Part shown: positions 25,945 through 38,974 of the stretch, one piece after another
Numbering within the stretch: position 1 is the first letter of the stretch
Layout: the number at the start of each line of letters is the position of its first letter
Program-made: the position numbers and the translations under genes
Source of the DNA: Eledone cirrhosa
Lineage: Eukaryota
Direction of reading: 5' to 3'
Assembly: GCA_964016885.1 (NCBI GenBank)
Contig: OZ024759.1
Span: 10,726,001-10,790,000, forward strand
DNA: 64,000 nucleotides
The notes under the pieces: model-generated
Told to the model about the DNA's origin: nothing
Database searches by the model: none
Seen by the model: the letters and a program-made list of their open reading frames with translations, nothing else

Positions 25945-27560
25945 AAAGGCATTTGCAGAAACTACCATGGTATGTCTCTCCTCTCCCAAATAGGGAAAAC
26001 CTCCTGGTCTTCTTGGCAAAAGGGTTGTTTAAATCTCAGTGGAGGCTTTTGAGACTCCAGAAGAATGATTCATATAATTTCCTGTGCAAGACAGCTGCTG
26101 GGAAAACAATGCATGAACAGAAACCTGTCTTGCTTGATTTCTATGATCTTGAAAAGGCTTTCAAAACCATACCTCACCCAACTATCTGGAGGGTGCTGCT
26201 GAAGTGACTAGATTGTTTCGTGGTACTCATCCAGGTACGATGACATGGTAGGACAACAAACATGTCACACAACACGTCAGGATTAGATTGTTTCGTAGTA
26301 GTCATCCAGGTACGATGACATGGTAGGACAACAAACATGTCACACAACACGTCAGAACTAGATTGTTTCGTGGTACTCATCCAGGTACGATGACATGGTA
26401 GGATAACAAACATGTCCACACAACACGTCAGGACTAGGTTGTTTCGTGGTAGTCATCCAGGTACGATGACATGGTAGGACAACAAACATGTCACACAACA
26501 CGTCAGGACTAGCTTGTTTCGTGGTAGTCATCCAGGTACGATGACATGGTAGGACAACAAACATGTCACACAACACGTCAGGACTAGCTTGTTTCGTGGT
26601 AGTCATCCAGGTACGATGACATGGTAGGACAACAAACATGTCACACAACACGTCAGGACTAGACTGTTCCGTAGTACTCATCCAGGTACGATGACATGGT
26701 AGGATAACAAACATGTCACACAACACGTCAGGATTAGATTGTTTCGTGGTACTCATCCAGGTACGATGACATGGTAGGACAACAAACATGTCACACAACA
26801 CGTCACAACTAGACTGTTCCGTAGTACTCATCCAGGTACGATGACATGGTAGGACAACAAACATGTCACACAACACGTCAGGACTAGCTTGTTTCCTGGT
26901 ACTCATCCAGGTACGATGACATGGTAGGACAACAAACATGTCACACAACACGTCAGCAGTTTTCCTGATCATCCATTGCGTAAAACAAAGGTGTGCACAT
27001 TCTTCATCCTTATTCTCCCTATACCTTGCAGTCATGCTTCACAAAATTCCACCTATCAATACTCCAATCCTGGATCAAGTACCACTACAATCTGTCCAGA
27101 TCAATCTGATCACAAAAACTGATCAACAGGACTGATATAACTTGAGCTGCAATACACCGACAACAATGCCACACCAGCAGGAATTAGTTATCAATGTGGA
27201 AAATATGTATCGCTATGGTCACAAAAGCAAGATACTTGCACCACCTGCTCCAAATTGACGAGAATAAAAGGCTGCAATGAAACATTTTCCCAACCAAAAC
27301 TTGAATCAAGGCCTCCACTGACACCATCAAATGTGACCTGTGAGGACAATTGACCTTGCCAGGCACCAGAGGCACCATCATGGATGAGAAAATTCAAAAG
27401 GAAAAATATACTCACAAATAATAGCTGATATACATTCATACACATGATCCAAATGGATAAGATTCCAGACATCATTTGCTTACCAAGTGGGGTGGAACTC
27501 GTCAGATTGGACCAAGGAAAGAATGTTTCCATTGGTCTTGCCAATTTCTGATACTATCTA
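25945..27560 (+). mobile_element. Degraded RTE-clade LINE interrupted by a 60-bp tandem array
   Basis: NYHGMSLLSQIGK, FYDLEKAFKTI, CVKQRCAHSSSLFSLYL motifs. Confidence 0.75.
26205..26956 (+). repeat. 60-bp minisatellite, about 12 copies
   Basis: actagattgtttcgtggtactcatccaggtacgatgacatggtaggacaacaaacatgtcacacaacacgtcagg-type units. Confidence 0.95.
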
Positions 27561-27737
27561 CCAGTTGCAACTCCTGGCAAAAAGAGTGATATGAAATATA
27601 GTGTTGCTGAAGGACGGTCGCCTGGTCTGGGAATCGATCTCACAACCTCACAATTTTGAATCCAACTCTCCAACCACTTAACCACATGCCTTCACATACA
27701 CACACTCTCTCTCTCTCACCTCACATATACATATATA

Positions 27738-27773
<36 letters not shown>

Positions 27774-28079
27774 TTATGTGTAATGTAGGAACAAGACATA
27801 AAATTTAATGGCTAGTATTTTCAAAAGTTATTTTATTATCAGGCTTTATATCATGTGTTGAAGAGGTTTGAAGTAACCTTTCGAAGCAGAAGAGGGAAGA
27901 TGTAAAGTGTTGGAACAGAAAAAAGTAGGAGGAAATATGAAATAAAGTAAATAACGGGAGAGAAAGACATACACACACACATACAAAAAACAACAACACA
28001 TTGATGAGGATCTCCAGACAAACAGAACAAAATATCTATATTTTATATATGTAATGTATTTTTTTTTTTTAAAAACCAT

Positions 28080-28253
28080 TTACTTCTTCCCATCTTTTTT
28101 CTCTCCGTTCTTCTTATCCTCTTCAGGTTTGGTTATTGAAGTCAGAGCATTTCTAATGGCTTCGTTCTCAGGGTCAACCCCTGGTAAATTCTCCAGTACA
28201 CTTTGAACAAAGGCAGGGTCATTCATCACTTCTGAATAGTCATCTTCCTCTGG
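28080..28253 (-). CDS. PSMD4: PSMD4 exon 11 (C-terminal RAZUL region, stop)
   Basis: [37 protein letters not shown]...KK*; joined CDS is 1173 nt (390 aa + stop). Confidence 0.93.
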   Translation of the reverse strand, partial: PEEDDYSEVMNDPAFVQSVLENLPGVDPENEAIRNALTSITKPEEDKKNGEKKDGKK

Positions 28254-28700
28254 CTGGAGAAGAACAAGAAAAACATCATCATCATATGTCTGCTGTTATA
28301 AAATATAGGAGTCCACTGGAAGAGGGGTTATTTTCTATCTTAAGAGACATCTATATGATGGATGGGGCCTTTATAGTGGAGTAAGGCATGAGTGAGACCT
28401 TTATAGTGGAGCAGGCCCGAGTACAGCAGATTTCTTCCAGAGAAAGATAGAAAGTGAGAGAGAGCAAATGAAAAAGAGATATAGAGGAAGAATCAACCCC
28501 AGTACAAGACTGGTACTTTTTTTTTATTGACCTCAAAAGGATGAAAGGCAAAGGTGACCTTGGTGGGATTTGAACTCAGAGAGTAGAGAGTTGGAATACT
28601 ATAAAGCATTCTATCTGACGTTCTAACGACTCTGCCAATTTACCGCCTAATAAAGATATGTGATAAACTAAAATACATTGCGTAGTGAGAGTGTTTTTAC

Positions 28701-28762
28701 CTTCTTTTCAGACTCATAGGCTGCTGTCTCCATTGGAGTTGGAACATCAACTTCAGAGATAC
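28701..28762 (-). CDS. PSMD4: PSMD4 exon 10
   Basis: GISEVDVPTPMETAAYESEKK; acceptor tctgtttcag, donor gtaaaa; phase 1/0. Confidence 0.85.
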
Positions 28763-28797
28763 CTGAAACAGACAGAAAAATGTGTAAATAACATCCC

Positions 28798-31678
28798 TAT
28801 CACATCTAGTTCAGTAGTACCTCTATCACATCTAGTTCAGTAGTACCTCTATGACATCTAGTTCAGTAGTACCTCTATGACATCTAGTTCAGTAGTACCT
28901 CTATGACATCTAGATCAGTAGTACCTCTATGACATCTAGTTCAGTAGTACCTCTATGACATCTAGTTCAGTAGTACCTCTATGACATCTAGATCAGTAGT
29001 ATCTCTACATCTATATCAGTAGTACCTCTATGACATCTAGTTCAGTAGTACCTCTACATCTATATCAGTAGTACCTCTATGACATCTAGTTCAGTAGTAC
29101 CTCTACATCTAGATCAGTAGTACCTCTATGACATCTAGTTCAGTAGTACCTCTACATCTATATCAGTAGTACCTCTATCACATCTAGATCAGTAGTACCT
29201 CTATGACATCTAGTTCAGTAGTACCTCTATGACATCTCGATCAGTAGTATCTCTATGACATCTAGTTCAGTAGTACCTCTATGACATCTAGTTCAGTAGT
29301 ACCTCTATGACATCTAGATCAGTAGTATCTCTACATCTATATCAGTAGTACCTCTATCACATCTAGTTCAGTAGTACCTCTACATCTATATCAGTAGTAC
29401 CTCTATGACATCTAGATCAGTAGTACCTCTACATCTAGATCAGTAGTACCTCTATGACATCTAGTTCAGTAGTACCTCTACATCTATATCAGTAGTACCT
29501 CTATGACATCCAGATCAGTAGTACCTCTATCACATCTAGTTCAGTAGTACCTCTATCACATCTAGATCAGTAGTACCTCTATCACATCTAGTTCAGTAGT
29601 ACCTCTATGACATCTAGATCAGTAGTACCTCTATCACATCTAGATCAGTAGTACCTCTACATCTATATCAGTAGTACCTCTATCACATCTAGATCAGTAG
29701 TACCTCTACATCTATATCAGTAGTACCTCTATCACATCTAGTTCAGTAGTACCTCTATCACATCTAGATCAGTAGTACCTCTATCACATCTAGATCAGTA
29801 GTACCTCTACATCTATATCAGTAGTACCTCTATCACATCTAGTTCAGTAGTACCTCTATGACATCTAGATCAGTAGCACCTCTACATCTATATCAGTAGT
29901 ACCTCTATGACATCCAGTTCAGTAGTACCTCTACATCTATATCAGTAGTACCTCTATCACATCTAGTTCAGTAGTACCTCTATGACATCTAGATCAGTAG
30001 TACCTCTATCACATCTAGTTCAGTAGTACCTCTACATCTAGATCAGTAGTACCTCTATGACATCTAGATCAGTAGCACCTCTACATCTATATCAGTAGTA
30101 CCTCTATCACATCTAGATCAGTAGTACCTCTACATCTATATCAGTAGTACCTCTATGACATCTAGATCAGTAGCACCTCTATCACATCTAGTTCAGTAGT
30201 ACCTCTACATCTAGATCAGTAGTACCTCTACATCTATATCAGTAGTACCTCTATCACATCTAGTTCAGTAGTACCTCTACATCTAGATCAGTAGTACCTC
30301 TATGACATCTAGTTCAGTAGTACCTCTACATCTATATCAGTAGTACCTCTATGACATCCAGATCAGTAGTACCTCTATGACATCTAGTTCAGTAGTACCT
30401 CTACATCTATATCAGTAGTACCTCTATCACATCTAGATCAGTAGTATCTCTACATCTATATCAGTAGTACCTCTATCACATCTAGTTCAGTAGCACCTCT
30501 ACATCTATATCAGTAGTACCTCTATCACATCTAGATCAGTAGTACCTCTACATCTATATCAGTAGTACCTCTATCACATCTAGTTCAGTAGTACCTCTAC
30601 ATCTATATCAGTAGTACCTCTATCACATCTAGATCAGTAGTACCTCTACATCTATATCAGTAGTACCTCTATCACATCTAGTTCAGTAGTACCTCTATCA
30701 CATCTAGATCAGTAGTACCTCTATCACATCTAGATCAGTAGTACCTCTACATCTATATCAGTAGTACCTCTATCACATCTAGTTCAGTAGTACCTCTATG
30801 ACATCTAGATCAGTAGCACCTCTACATCTATATCAGTAGTACCTCTATGACATCCAGTTCAGTAGTACCTCTACATCTATATCAGTAGTACCTCTATCAC
30901 ATCTAGATCAGTAGTACCTCTACATCTATATCAGTAGTACCTCTATGACATCTAGATCAGTAGTACCTCTATATCTATATCAGTAGTACCTCTATGACAT
31001 CCAGTTCAGTAGTACCTCTATGACATCTAGTTCAGTAGTACCTCTATCACATCTAGATCAGTAGTATCTCTACATCTAGATCAGTAGTACCTCTATCACA
31101 TCTAGATCAGTAGTATCTCTACATCTATATCAGTAGTACCTCTATGACATCTAGTTCAGTAGTACCTCTACATCTATATCAGTAGTACCTCTACATCTAT
31201 ATCAGTAGTACCTCTATCACATCTAGATCAGTAGTACCTCTATGACATCTAGTTCAGTAGTACCTCTACATCTAGATCAGTAGTACCTCTATGACATCTA
31301 GTTCAATAGTACCTCTATGACATCTAGATCAGTAGTACCTCTATGACATCTAGATCAGTAGTACCTCTATGACATCTAGATCATTAGTACCTCTATGACA
31401 TCTAGATCAGTAGTACCTCTATGACATCTAGATCATTAGTACCTCTATGACATCTAGATCAGTAGTACCTCTATGACATCTAGTTCAGTAGTACCTCTAG
31501 ATCTATAGTACCTCTATGACATCTAGTTCATTAGTACCTCTATGACATCTAGATCAGTAGTACCTCTATGACATCTAGTTCAGTAGTACCTCTAGATCTA
31601 TAGTACCTCTATGACATCTAGTTCAGTAGTACCTCTAGATCTATAGTACCTTTATGACATCTAGTTCAGTAGTACGCT
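28798..31678. repeat. 25/20-bp satellite in PSMD4 intron 9
   Basis: catctag(a/t)tcagtagtacctctat(g/c)a and a 5-bp-shorter variant. Confidence 0.95.
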
Positions 31679-32647
31679 ACACCTGAAACAGACAGACAGT
31701 TGTGTAAAGAACATCCCTACCACAAGTACTCTTGGCTCTCAAATAATCACCCCCACCACATTTAATTTTTCAGATTTTTTCCAACCCCAGTGACAATTTT
31801 CTTTATACATTAAAAAAAAGTACACTATTAGAAATCCCATACGTTATAAAATAACTAAGATGGGTTGGAGTCTTAAGGTGTAAACTAAATGAGTAATTCT
31901 GGTTTTTTAAAAAATCAACAGAGACAACCAAGAAAAATTACCGATTCTACCTGCACCCCCTATTAATATGGACCCAAGAGTAGATCAATAGTACCTCATC
32001 TGTGTAAATAACATCTCTACAACTATATCTGTAGTACAACACTACCTAATATAAAGTCAAACTGCATCTTATCTAACTTGATTCTAATCCTAATTTGGTA
32101 CCATGACAAAAAGCACCCAGTACACACTGTAAATGTGGTTGGCATTAAAGCTAGAAACAGTTCTGTATGAGCCAGACACAGTCATCTGATACAACTTGTC
32201 TCAATGGATGGGACTACCTGTCTAACCCATGCTAGCGTGGAAAACTAGACTATAAATGGTGATAACCCTATCAGCAATTTCCAGGAGTTCGTCCATCAAC
32301 TTGATGTCACTGTAGTTACCTCTCTCTAATACATCACCTTTGCTATTGCAGTTTACAAGGATACTGTTGTGCCAGATATTCGGTATGACCCCTTCCTAGC
32401 TTATAACTTATCATACCACATAATTTTAGCACCTCGCCAACTATACCAGATGGTCCAGCTGCCTTTCTCTATCTTCATGTCCTCAATTGCTATATCACGC
32501 TCCTGTCAACTGTTATAGCTAGTCATCAGTTGGGTTTACATGGGCTACACCCCCTCATCACCCTCCCACTGACCCATTTATTTTCTTTGTTCAGCCCCGT
32601 TTCTCATAGTAAGTCTTCTTCGATGCCTCTTTCTTTTCAACATCAAA

Positions 32648-32724
32648 GAGGATCCAGAATTAGCTCTGGCTTTGAGAAGTCTTCATTGAAAGAGCAACAA
32701 GCTGAGGACGCGGCAGATGAAGGA
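32648..32724 (+). pseudogene. Processed PSMD4 fragment (exon 7-8 junction), antisense within PSMD4 intron 9
   Basis: GAGGATCCAGAATTAGCTCTG|GCTTTGAGA..TCATTGAAAGAGCAA..GCT...GATGAAGGA aligns across the spliced junction. Confidence 0.7.
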
Positions 32725-33609
32725 TGGGGGAGACCAATCATATTTGTAATGCATTTCCTGGACTAACATGCTGTACCACATGAAACCATGTTAGCAAAAC
32801 ATTACTATTACCGAAAATGTTTACAACAATCAGTCCACTAGTAAAGATACAAATATTTGAATTAACAAATTCACATGAAACCACATTAGCAAGACATTGT
32901 TGAAAAGTACAAAAAATGTGACTGCATCACATTAAATATGGAAGTTTTTACTCTATTTAATGCTGCAAATTCAAAGTTGTGTCAAAGACATGACCACCTT
33001 CCTCGGGTTGGTGATCTACAAGATAAAAGCACCCAATACATGCTATAAAGTGGTTGGTGATAGGAAGGGCATCGAACCGTAGAAAGATTACCAAACAAAG
33101 GGTTGTGAGGACCCTTCAGTTTGTGTTAAAAACATGACAACTTCTCCTTTACACACAATAGTACGTAAGACTATGTAAGTGTGATGTTGATCCCCGACTT
33201 GTCTGAGGGGTCAGTAGACCCGCCTCAGTACTGACTGTCTCTGTAGACCTGTCCAACCCATGCTAGCAAGGAACTTGGACTTTAAATAATTGTTTCTACT
33301 TTAGGCACAAGGCCAGCAATTACCCAGTGCATTACTGGTACTTTATTTTATCGACCCCGTAAGGATGAAAGGCAAAGTCAACCTCGGCGGGATTTGAACT
33401 CAGATCGTAAAGGGACATAACTATGCTGGAAAGAATGGCGTCTGACCCTCTACCGATACTGCCAATCCACCAATTGGACTTTAAATAATGATAATGATCT
33501 GTCCACCAGTAAAGATATTATAAACATTTGAATTAACCCATTTTGAAATCTTTTCTGGCAAGATGCTAACAAAGTATTTATTGTCCCTGTGAATAAGTCA
33601 TGGAATTAC

Positions 33610-33813
33610 CTGGATTCTGCATCGACATCTTCATGGCATATGCAATTTGTTCCTCTTCAGTCATTGAAGAGATATCAATGTTCGTTGCAAGGTTTGGTGA
33701 ACCTTCAGATTTGGCTGAACTGGCAGAAGGAAATGCTGAACTTCCACTTTCGAGGGTCTCACCTTTTCCAACTGACATCTTTAGATCTCGTTCTAATTCA
33801 TCATGTGAAATTG
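33610..33813 (-). CDS. PSMD4: PSMD4 exon 9 (UIM2)
   Basis: ...DISSMTEEEQIAYAMKMSMQNP; phase 1/1; AG/GT boundaries. Confidence 0.92.
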
Positions 33814-34608
33814 CTGCAAATATAAACAGTATAAACAGTCCTTAACTGTAGAGCTGATGTTTAATCCCGCATAAACGGCTGTTATTTCTAGCACCGGGAA
33901 TGCGGGACGGCTAGTTTGGCCTGGCTACACACACACGTGTAGTCAGACCTGCAAAATTTTTGATGGTGAAATGTACTAATTTTACTGGATTCCTGTCGAT
34001 AAGCACAGAAGATTTGGATATTTCACTTTTTATTTCAATTCCATTTCGATTCTCTTTATTTTTCAATTCATGTACCATCGTTGCGAAACATATTTGGGTT
34101 TCGAAGTTCAAATTCATCTACGGAGCGGGTTTGGATTTTGAAATTTAAATTTGTCCAGGAATCACGGCCTTTGCCAATATAAGCTTGTCTTTATTGACTT
34201 ATATCGAGACAGACAAATTGTATTTACTTTAATTAGTTTATTTCATTGATAGCTAACTTTGTCTGTTACAATGCAAACACGTTTTGTGTTTATCATATAT
34301 ATTAATGTATTTAACTGCTCGGAAATGCCCCTTTCTTGGAGCTTATTAATTGTAAACGACTGAGAGTTTAATCTCAAAATATAATATAGTATATATATAT
34401 ATATATATATATATTCAGGTTTGAGGTTCACCACTGGATAGAGCTGGTCTATTCCGTATGGTCAATCGTAATGCAATAATATAGAGAGTACTCAACGTAA
34501 GGCAGTTCAACCGTCTTTGTTTTTGTAGTTGGTGGTGCTATTACGGAGTTAAATATTATAATGAAATGACAGGAGGCTGGATTTGTGTAAATCCTTGAAA
34601 GGTTTATT

Positions 34609-34666
34609 ATACTATGATCATTTCAATGACCGGGTTCCGTATGAATCCGGTGATATCATCAGGTAT
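34609..34666 (-). ncRNA. Hammerhead ribozyme motif, left arm (PSMD4-sense copy)
   Basis: Exact reverse complement of 34863-34920. Confidence 0.78.
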
Positions 34667-34862
34667 TCGAAATATAATACGTGAATGTAATAGATAAAAT
34701 CCATGGGGCTGAAAATCGAGGACCCGAGGGCGACCGCTATTCTGTTCCTTCAACTCCAGGGCGACCGGCTGAAGTTGAAGGAACAGAATAGCGGTCGCCC
34801 TCGGGTCCTCGATTTTCAGCCCCATGGATTTTTATCTATTACATTCACATATTATATTTCGA

Positions 34863-34920
34863 ATACCTGATGATATCACCGGATTCATACGGAACCCGGT
34901 CATTGAAATGATCATAGTAT
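34863..34920 (+). ncRNA. Hammerhead ribozyme motif, right arm of the fold-back 34556-34975
   Basis: ATAC-CTGATGA-T-ATCACCGG...CCGGTCAT-T-GAAA-TGATCA-TA-GTAT; palindromic helix III ATGATCAT. Confidence 0.78.
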
Positions 34921-35316
34921 AATAAACCTTTCAAGGATTTACACAAATCCAGCCTCCTGTTATTTCATTATATATATATATATATTAGGATTGGTACACT
35001 CTGAAATAGCGACGTATACATGAATGTAAGTAAAGTATATTTGACAAAATACTGTATGTTTAATTAAAAACATTTTGAAGACCATACTCTATCGGTTTTA
35101 AAGTAGTAACTATGTCACTTCTTTTCGGCAAAAAGAAGTGACAGTCACTACTTTAAAACCGATAGAGTATGGTCTTCAAAATATACTATACATATATATA
35201 TATAAACACATATCGATAACACACACACACTTATATATATATAGTTATACTTTGGGAGGGTCATGCTGCCAATAAAAACACATGCACCTATTGGTTTTCA
35301 CTTCAATTTATTATAA

Positions 35317-35552
35317 ACTAGCTGAGGTACCCGGCTTCACCCGGGAGAAAAGTTAAGGAAGACGGATAAAAGAGAAAACGACTGTATTGGATATTTTAAG
35401 ACGATTGTAGACTTTTGTGGGACGTTTCTCTCTCTGTCTCTCTGAATATCTAACACATCAATTGTATCTCTCTCTCCTTAGATGTGTGTGTGTGTGTGTA
35501 GTATTCGTGTGATTAAACCAACCAGCCAACAAACATCTCTCTTTTATATTAT
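35317..35552 (+). mobile_element. Possible Helentron/HINE-like non-autonomous element
   Basis: ACTAGCTG...ACCCGGCTTCACCCGGG 5' hairpin, internal microsatellites, CTTTTATATTATA end; a similar layout occurs at about 37472-37765. Confidence 0.4.
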
Positions 35553-36177
35553 ACAATCTCCGAGCCAGCATAGAGCCCTCAATGTAGCAGCTCAATCTGC
35601 CAGTAGTAACAGACCAAATCTCCTTAAAATTTCACTTTGGAAGAAATAGTCCTGAATACAATATTTCTGATTACACGAGTCATTTACTTATTTCTGTATC
35701 CATTTGGTTTATTTCCTGACAGAGGTGTTTACTGGGTTTGTCTTATGCTCATGTAGATTAAGGGGATAAACATAAATGGACAGTCGATGGTTTCGATAAT
35801 AGATTGTCTAGCTAAACATGAACCATATGTCACTCTCAATCATCAGAGGAATAGTCTTTGGATAGAGATTTCCGGTTGGTTGGTTCAATAACCAGATGGT
35901 TGTTTATATATTGTCAAAGCACTTTCGCCATACATTCTGTGACCTTCTCAGTGATAAATTTGTTATTTTGTCTCTCTCCTTTGTTCTGTCCTACATCTTG
36001 TTTTTGTTTGGTGTGTGCTTGATTTATAATAAATTGAAGTGAAAACTAACGGGTGTGTGTGTGTGTTTTTATTGGCAGCATGACCCTCCCAAAGTATAAC
36101 AATATCTGTTTCAACACATTTTCAGATAAGAAATCTTGCAAAACAAATTCAAAAACGAAGTATATATATATATATAT

Positions 36178-37445
36178 ATTGCTTAGAATCGAAAGGCCTT
36201 AAAATTAACCTGTCTAAGACTAAAGTTCTAGTTTGTAGGAAGGAAAATAGGGCACCGGTCCCATCTGAGAAATGGCCATGCTCACTGTGTAGGAAAGGAG
36301 TAGGCAGAAACTCCATTTTATGTCCCAAATGCAAAGTATGGGTGCATAAAAGATGTAGTGGGATCACAGGTAAGCTAACTAAGAATATAGATTTTATATG
36401 TGGCCGGTGCTCTGGTGCAAAAAGTAGCAGCAAGTGCCCACAGAATACTAGCTCATTCCATTGCACAGATGGTTCTATAGATATAGTGGACACCTTCCGT
36501 TACCTGGGTGACAAAATCAACAGTGGTGGAGGGTGCTCTGAAAGTACAGTAGCTAGAGTCAGAACGGGATGGAAAAAGTTCAGAGAGCTTATACCACTAT
36601 TGGCCGCTAAAGGGTTCTCTCTAAAAATGAAAGGCAGGCTGTATGATGCCTGTATACGAACAGCAATGTTACATGGCAGTGAGACTTGGGCATTGTGTGC
36701 AGAGGATATACGCAAACTGGAGAGGAACGAAGCCTGCATGCTCCACTGGATGTGTAATAGTAATATACGTGAACGGCAAAGCATAAACGAACTAAGGGAG
36801 AAATTAGGAATAAGAGGGATCAGATGTTGTTTACTCGAGAGAAGACTACGTTGGTACGGTCACGTGATGCGCATGAAAGACGACAGCTGTATAAAAAAGT
36901 GCAGGGCAATAAAAATAGATGGTAGCCACGGAGTAGGCAGACCCAGAAAAACCTGGGACGATCTGATAAATTCCGACCTCACACACTTACACCTCTCCAA
37001 GACAATGTCACTGGACCGAGATCTTTGGCGCTACACAGTAATACAGAAGATCCGCCTTGCCTAAGTACAAAGCGAAACCTACAGTCAGTAGGCACCTCTA
37101 ACAAAAATACACCCCCCGTCCCACTATCCCCACCCCATCCACACCACCCCTTTCAATGTAAAGTTATGTTAGTACCACAATATCCAGCCTGAAGCAAATG
37201 AGGTCGTGTAGGTGTCACGACAAAAAAAAAAACAGTCCACGCTGTAATGTGGCCGTGTAGGTAACACGGTAAAAACCTCCCAGTCCACACTGTAAACATG
37301 GTTGGTGTTAGGAAGGGCATCCAGCCGTAGAAAACCCGTCAGACAGTCCTATACGAGCAAGACAACCAATCTTGCCTCAAGTGGGAAAATTCCCGTCCAA
37401 ACCCATGCAAGCGTGGAAGATGGACGTTAAACGATGATGATGATG
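36178..37445 (+). mobile_element. 5'-truncated RTE-clade LINE with 3'UTR and (GAT)n tail
   Basis: VDTFRYLG, ARVRTGWKKFREL, MLHGSETW, RRLRWYGHVMRM, GRPRKTW. Confidence 0.9.
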
Positions 37446-37803
37446 CCTGCATAAACATCGGGCCATTTATGGTGTACTAGCTGGACTTGTGAAAAAATTC
37501 ACGGCTAATCCCCTCTCTCTATATATAAACCCATCCCTTTCTCTATAACCTCCCTCTCTCTATATTATAACCCCCTCTCTCTCTCCTTTCCAAATGTTGC
37601 AACACTCTTTGATCTTCTTTCACAGTAGATTTTCATAGATTGTTTACCACCCCCCTTCCATCGTTTTAGCTCGTCATTCAACTTCTATTTATATTACTGA
37701 AAGTGTGACACACACGGTCGGACGTACGTACGGTACGTAGGTATAAGGGTATTAATATATAGATTACGATTGAAATAATTTTATTTTGATATATATATAT
37801 ATA

Positions 37804-38145
37804 GGAGGTACATGGCTTAGTGGTTAGAGCATTGGCCTTGCAATCGAAAGGTTGTGAGTTCAATTCTCAGACCAGGTGATGTGTTGTTTCCTTGAGCAAG
37901 ACACTTTATTTCACATTGCTCCAGTTTACTCAGCTGTAGAAATGAGATGGTAAGGACTGGGGTCCCTATCATTCCACTGCAAAGTGGTCGTGGAGGTGCC
38001 ACGGCAAAAAAGCACCCAGCACTCACTGTAAATGAGGTTGGTGTTAGGAAGGGCATCCAGCTGTAGAAATCAAGCCAGAATCAGTTCCCGTCCCACCCTT
38101 GCAAGCAGGGAAAAGCGGACGCGAAAAAAAAAAAAAAAAAAAAAT
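37804..38145 (+). mobile_element. Same SINE family, with a poly(A) end
   Basis: Reverse complement of the 10855-11180 type. Confidence 0.85.
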
Positions 38146-38310
38146 TAAATGAATATATATATATATATATATATATACAGTATATATATATATACATCTA
38201 TACAATATACAGAGTGGATTAAGTGTCTGTGTCCAACATGGGACTGCATGCAGTACGTATTATATATATATATATACAACAGTATGTATAAACAGATAAA
38301 TACTACTAAC

Positions 38311-38410
38311 CAGCACTTTCAGCTGACTGCATTTCTACATCTTGACTTGCAACCTTTCTTCCTTCATCTTCTTGTCGAGCTCTTTGCTCCTCCATTGACA
38401 CTCTCAAAGC
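38311..38410 (-). CDS. PSMD4: PSMD4 exon 8 (UIM1 remainder)
   Basis: ALRVSMEEQRARQEDEGRKVASQDVEMQSAESA; 100 nt. Confidence 0.92.
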
Positions 38411-38974
38411 CTACAACCAAAATGACAAAAAATAATTTCAATATTTCTGCACCACCGTACATAGTGTCCAGGTTTTGACCTTGGTCTAGCTGGCTGTAGG
38501 AGTTCCTACAAACTAGCCATGACCTAAAACTGCTTCTTTTACCCCCTAACCAAGCATTGACCAGTGTGTTTTATCTGTCCTGCTCATATAATTGTAGTAG
38601 GTGATTCTCCAGTTTAACTGGTTCTTTTGTCCGAATGTTATTCTCTTCCTATCATCATCATCAGAACAATGTCCACTGACCCCTGCTTGCAAGTCCATAC
38701 TGAAGGAGTCCACTGACCCCTGCAAACAAGCTGGGTAATTGCATCTCACATATGGTTTCATGTTCTACCAAGTACATTTCAATGTGTAGCTCACCAATAT
38801 TAGTGAGGTTGACATATCCTTAACACAACTGTTTCTATAGCTATATGTCTTTCCTAATACCAACCACAGGGTGATTTTAATGTGTAGATTACAAACATAT
38901 ACATACATACATACATATATATCTTCTTGGTTGTCCATCGTAAACGATGATGACATCTTTATTTTAGTTCCCGT

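Noticed and set aside
35780-35850. CTGATGA...GAAAC on the minus strand
   Set aside because: Helices I and III could not be paired convincingly
37804-37880. tRNA-like sequence
   Set aside because: It is the head of a multi-copy SINE and lacks a complete acceptor stem
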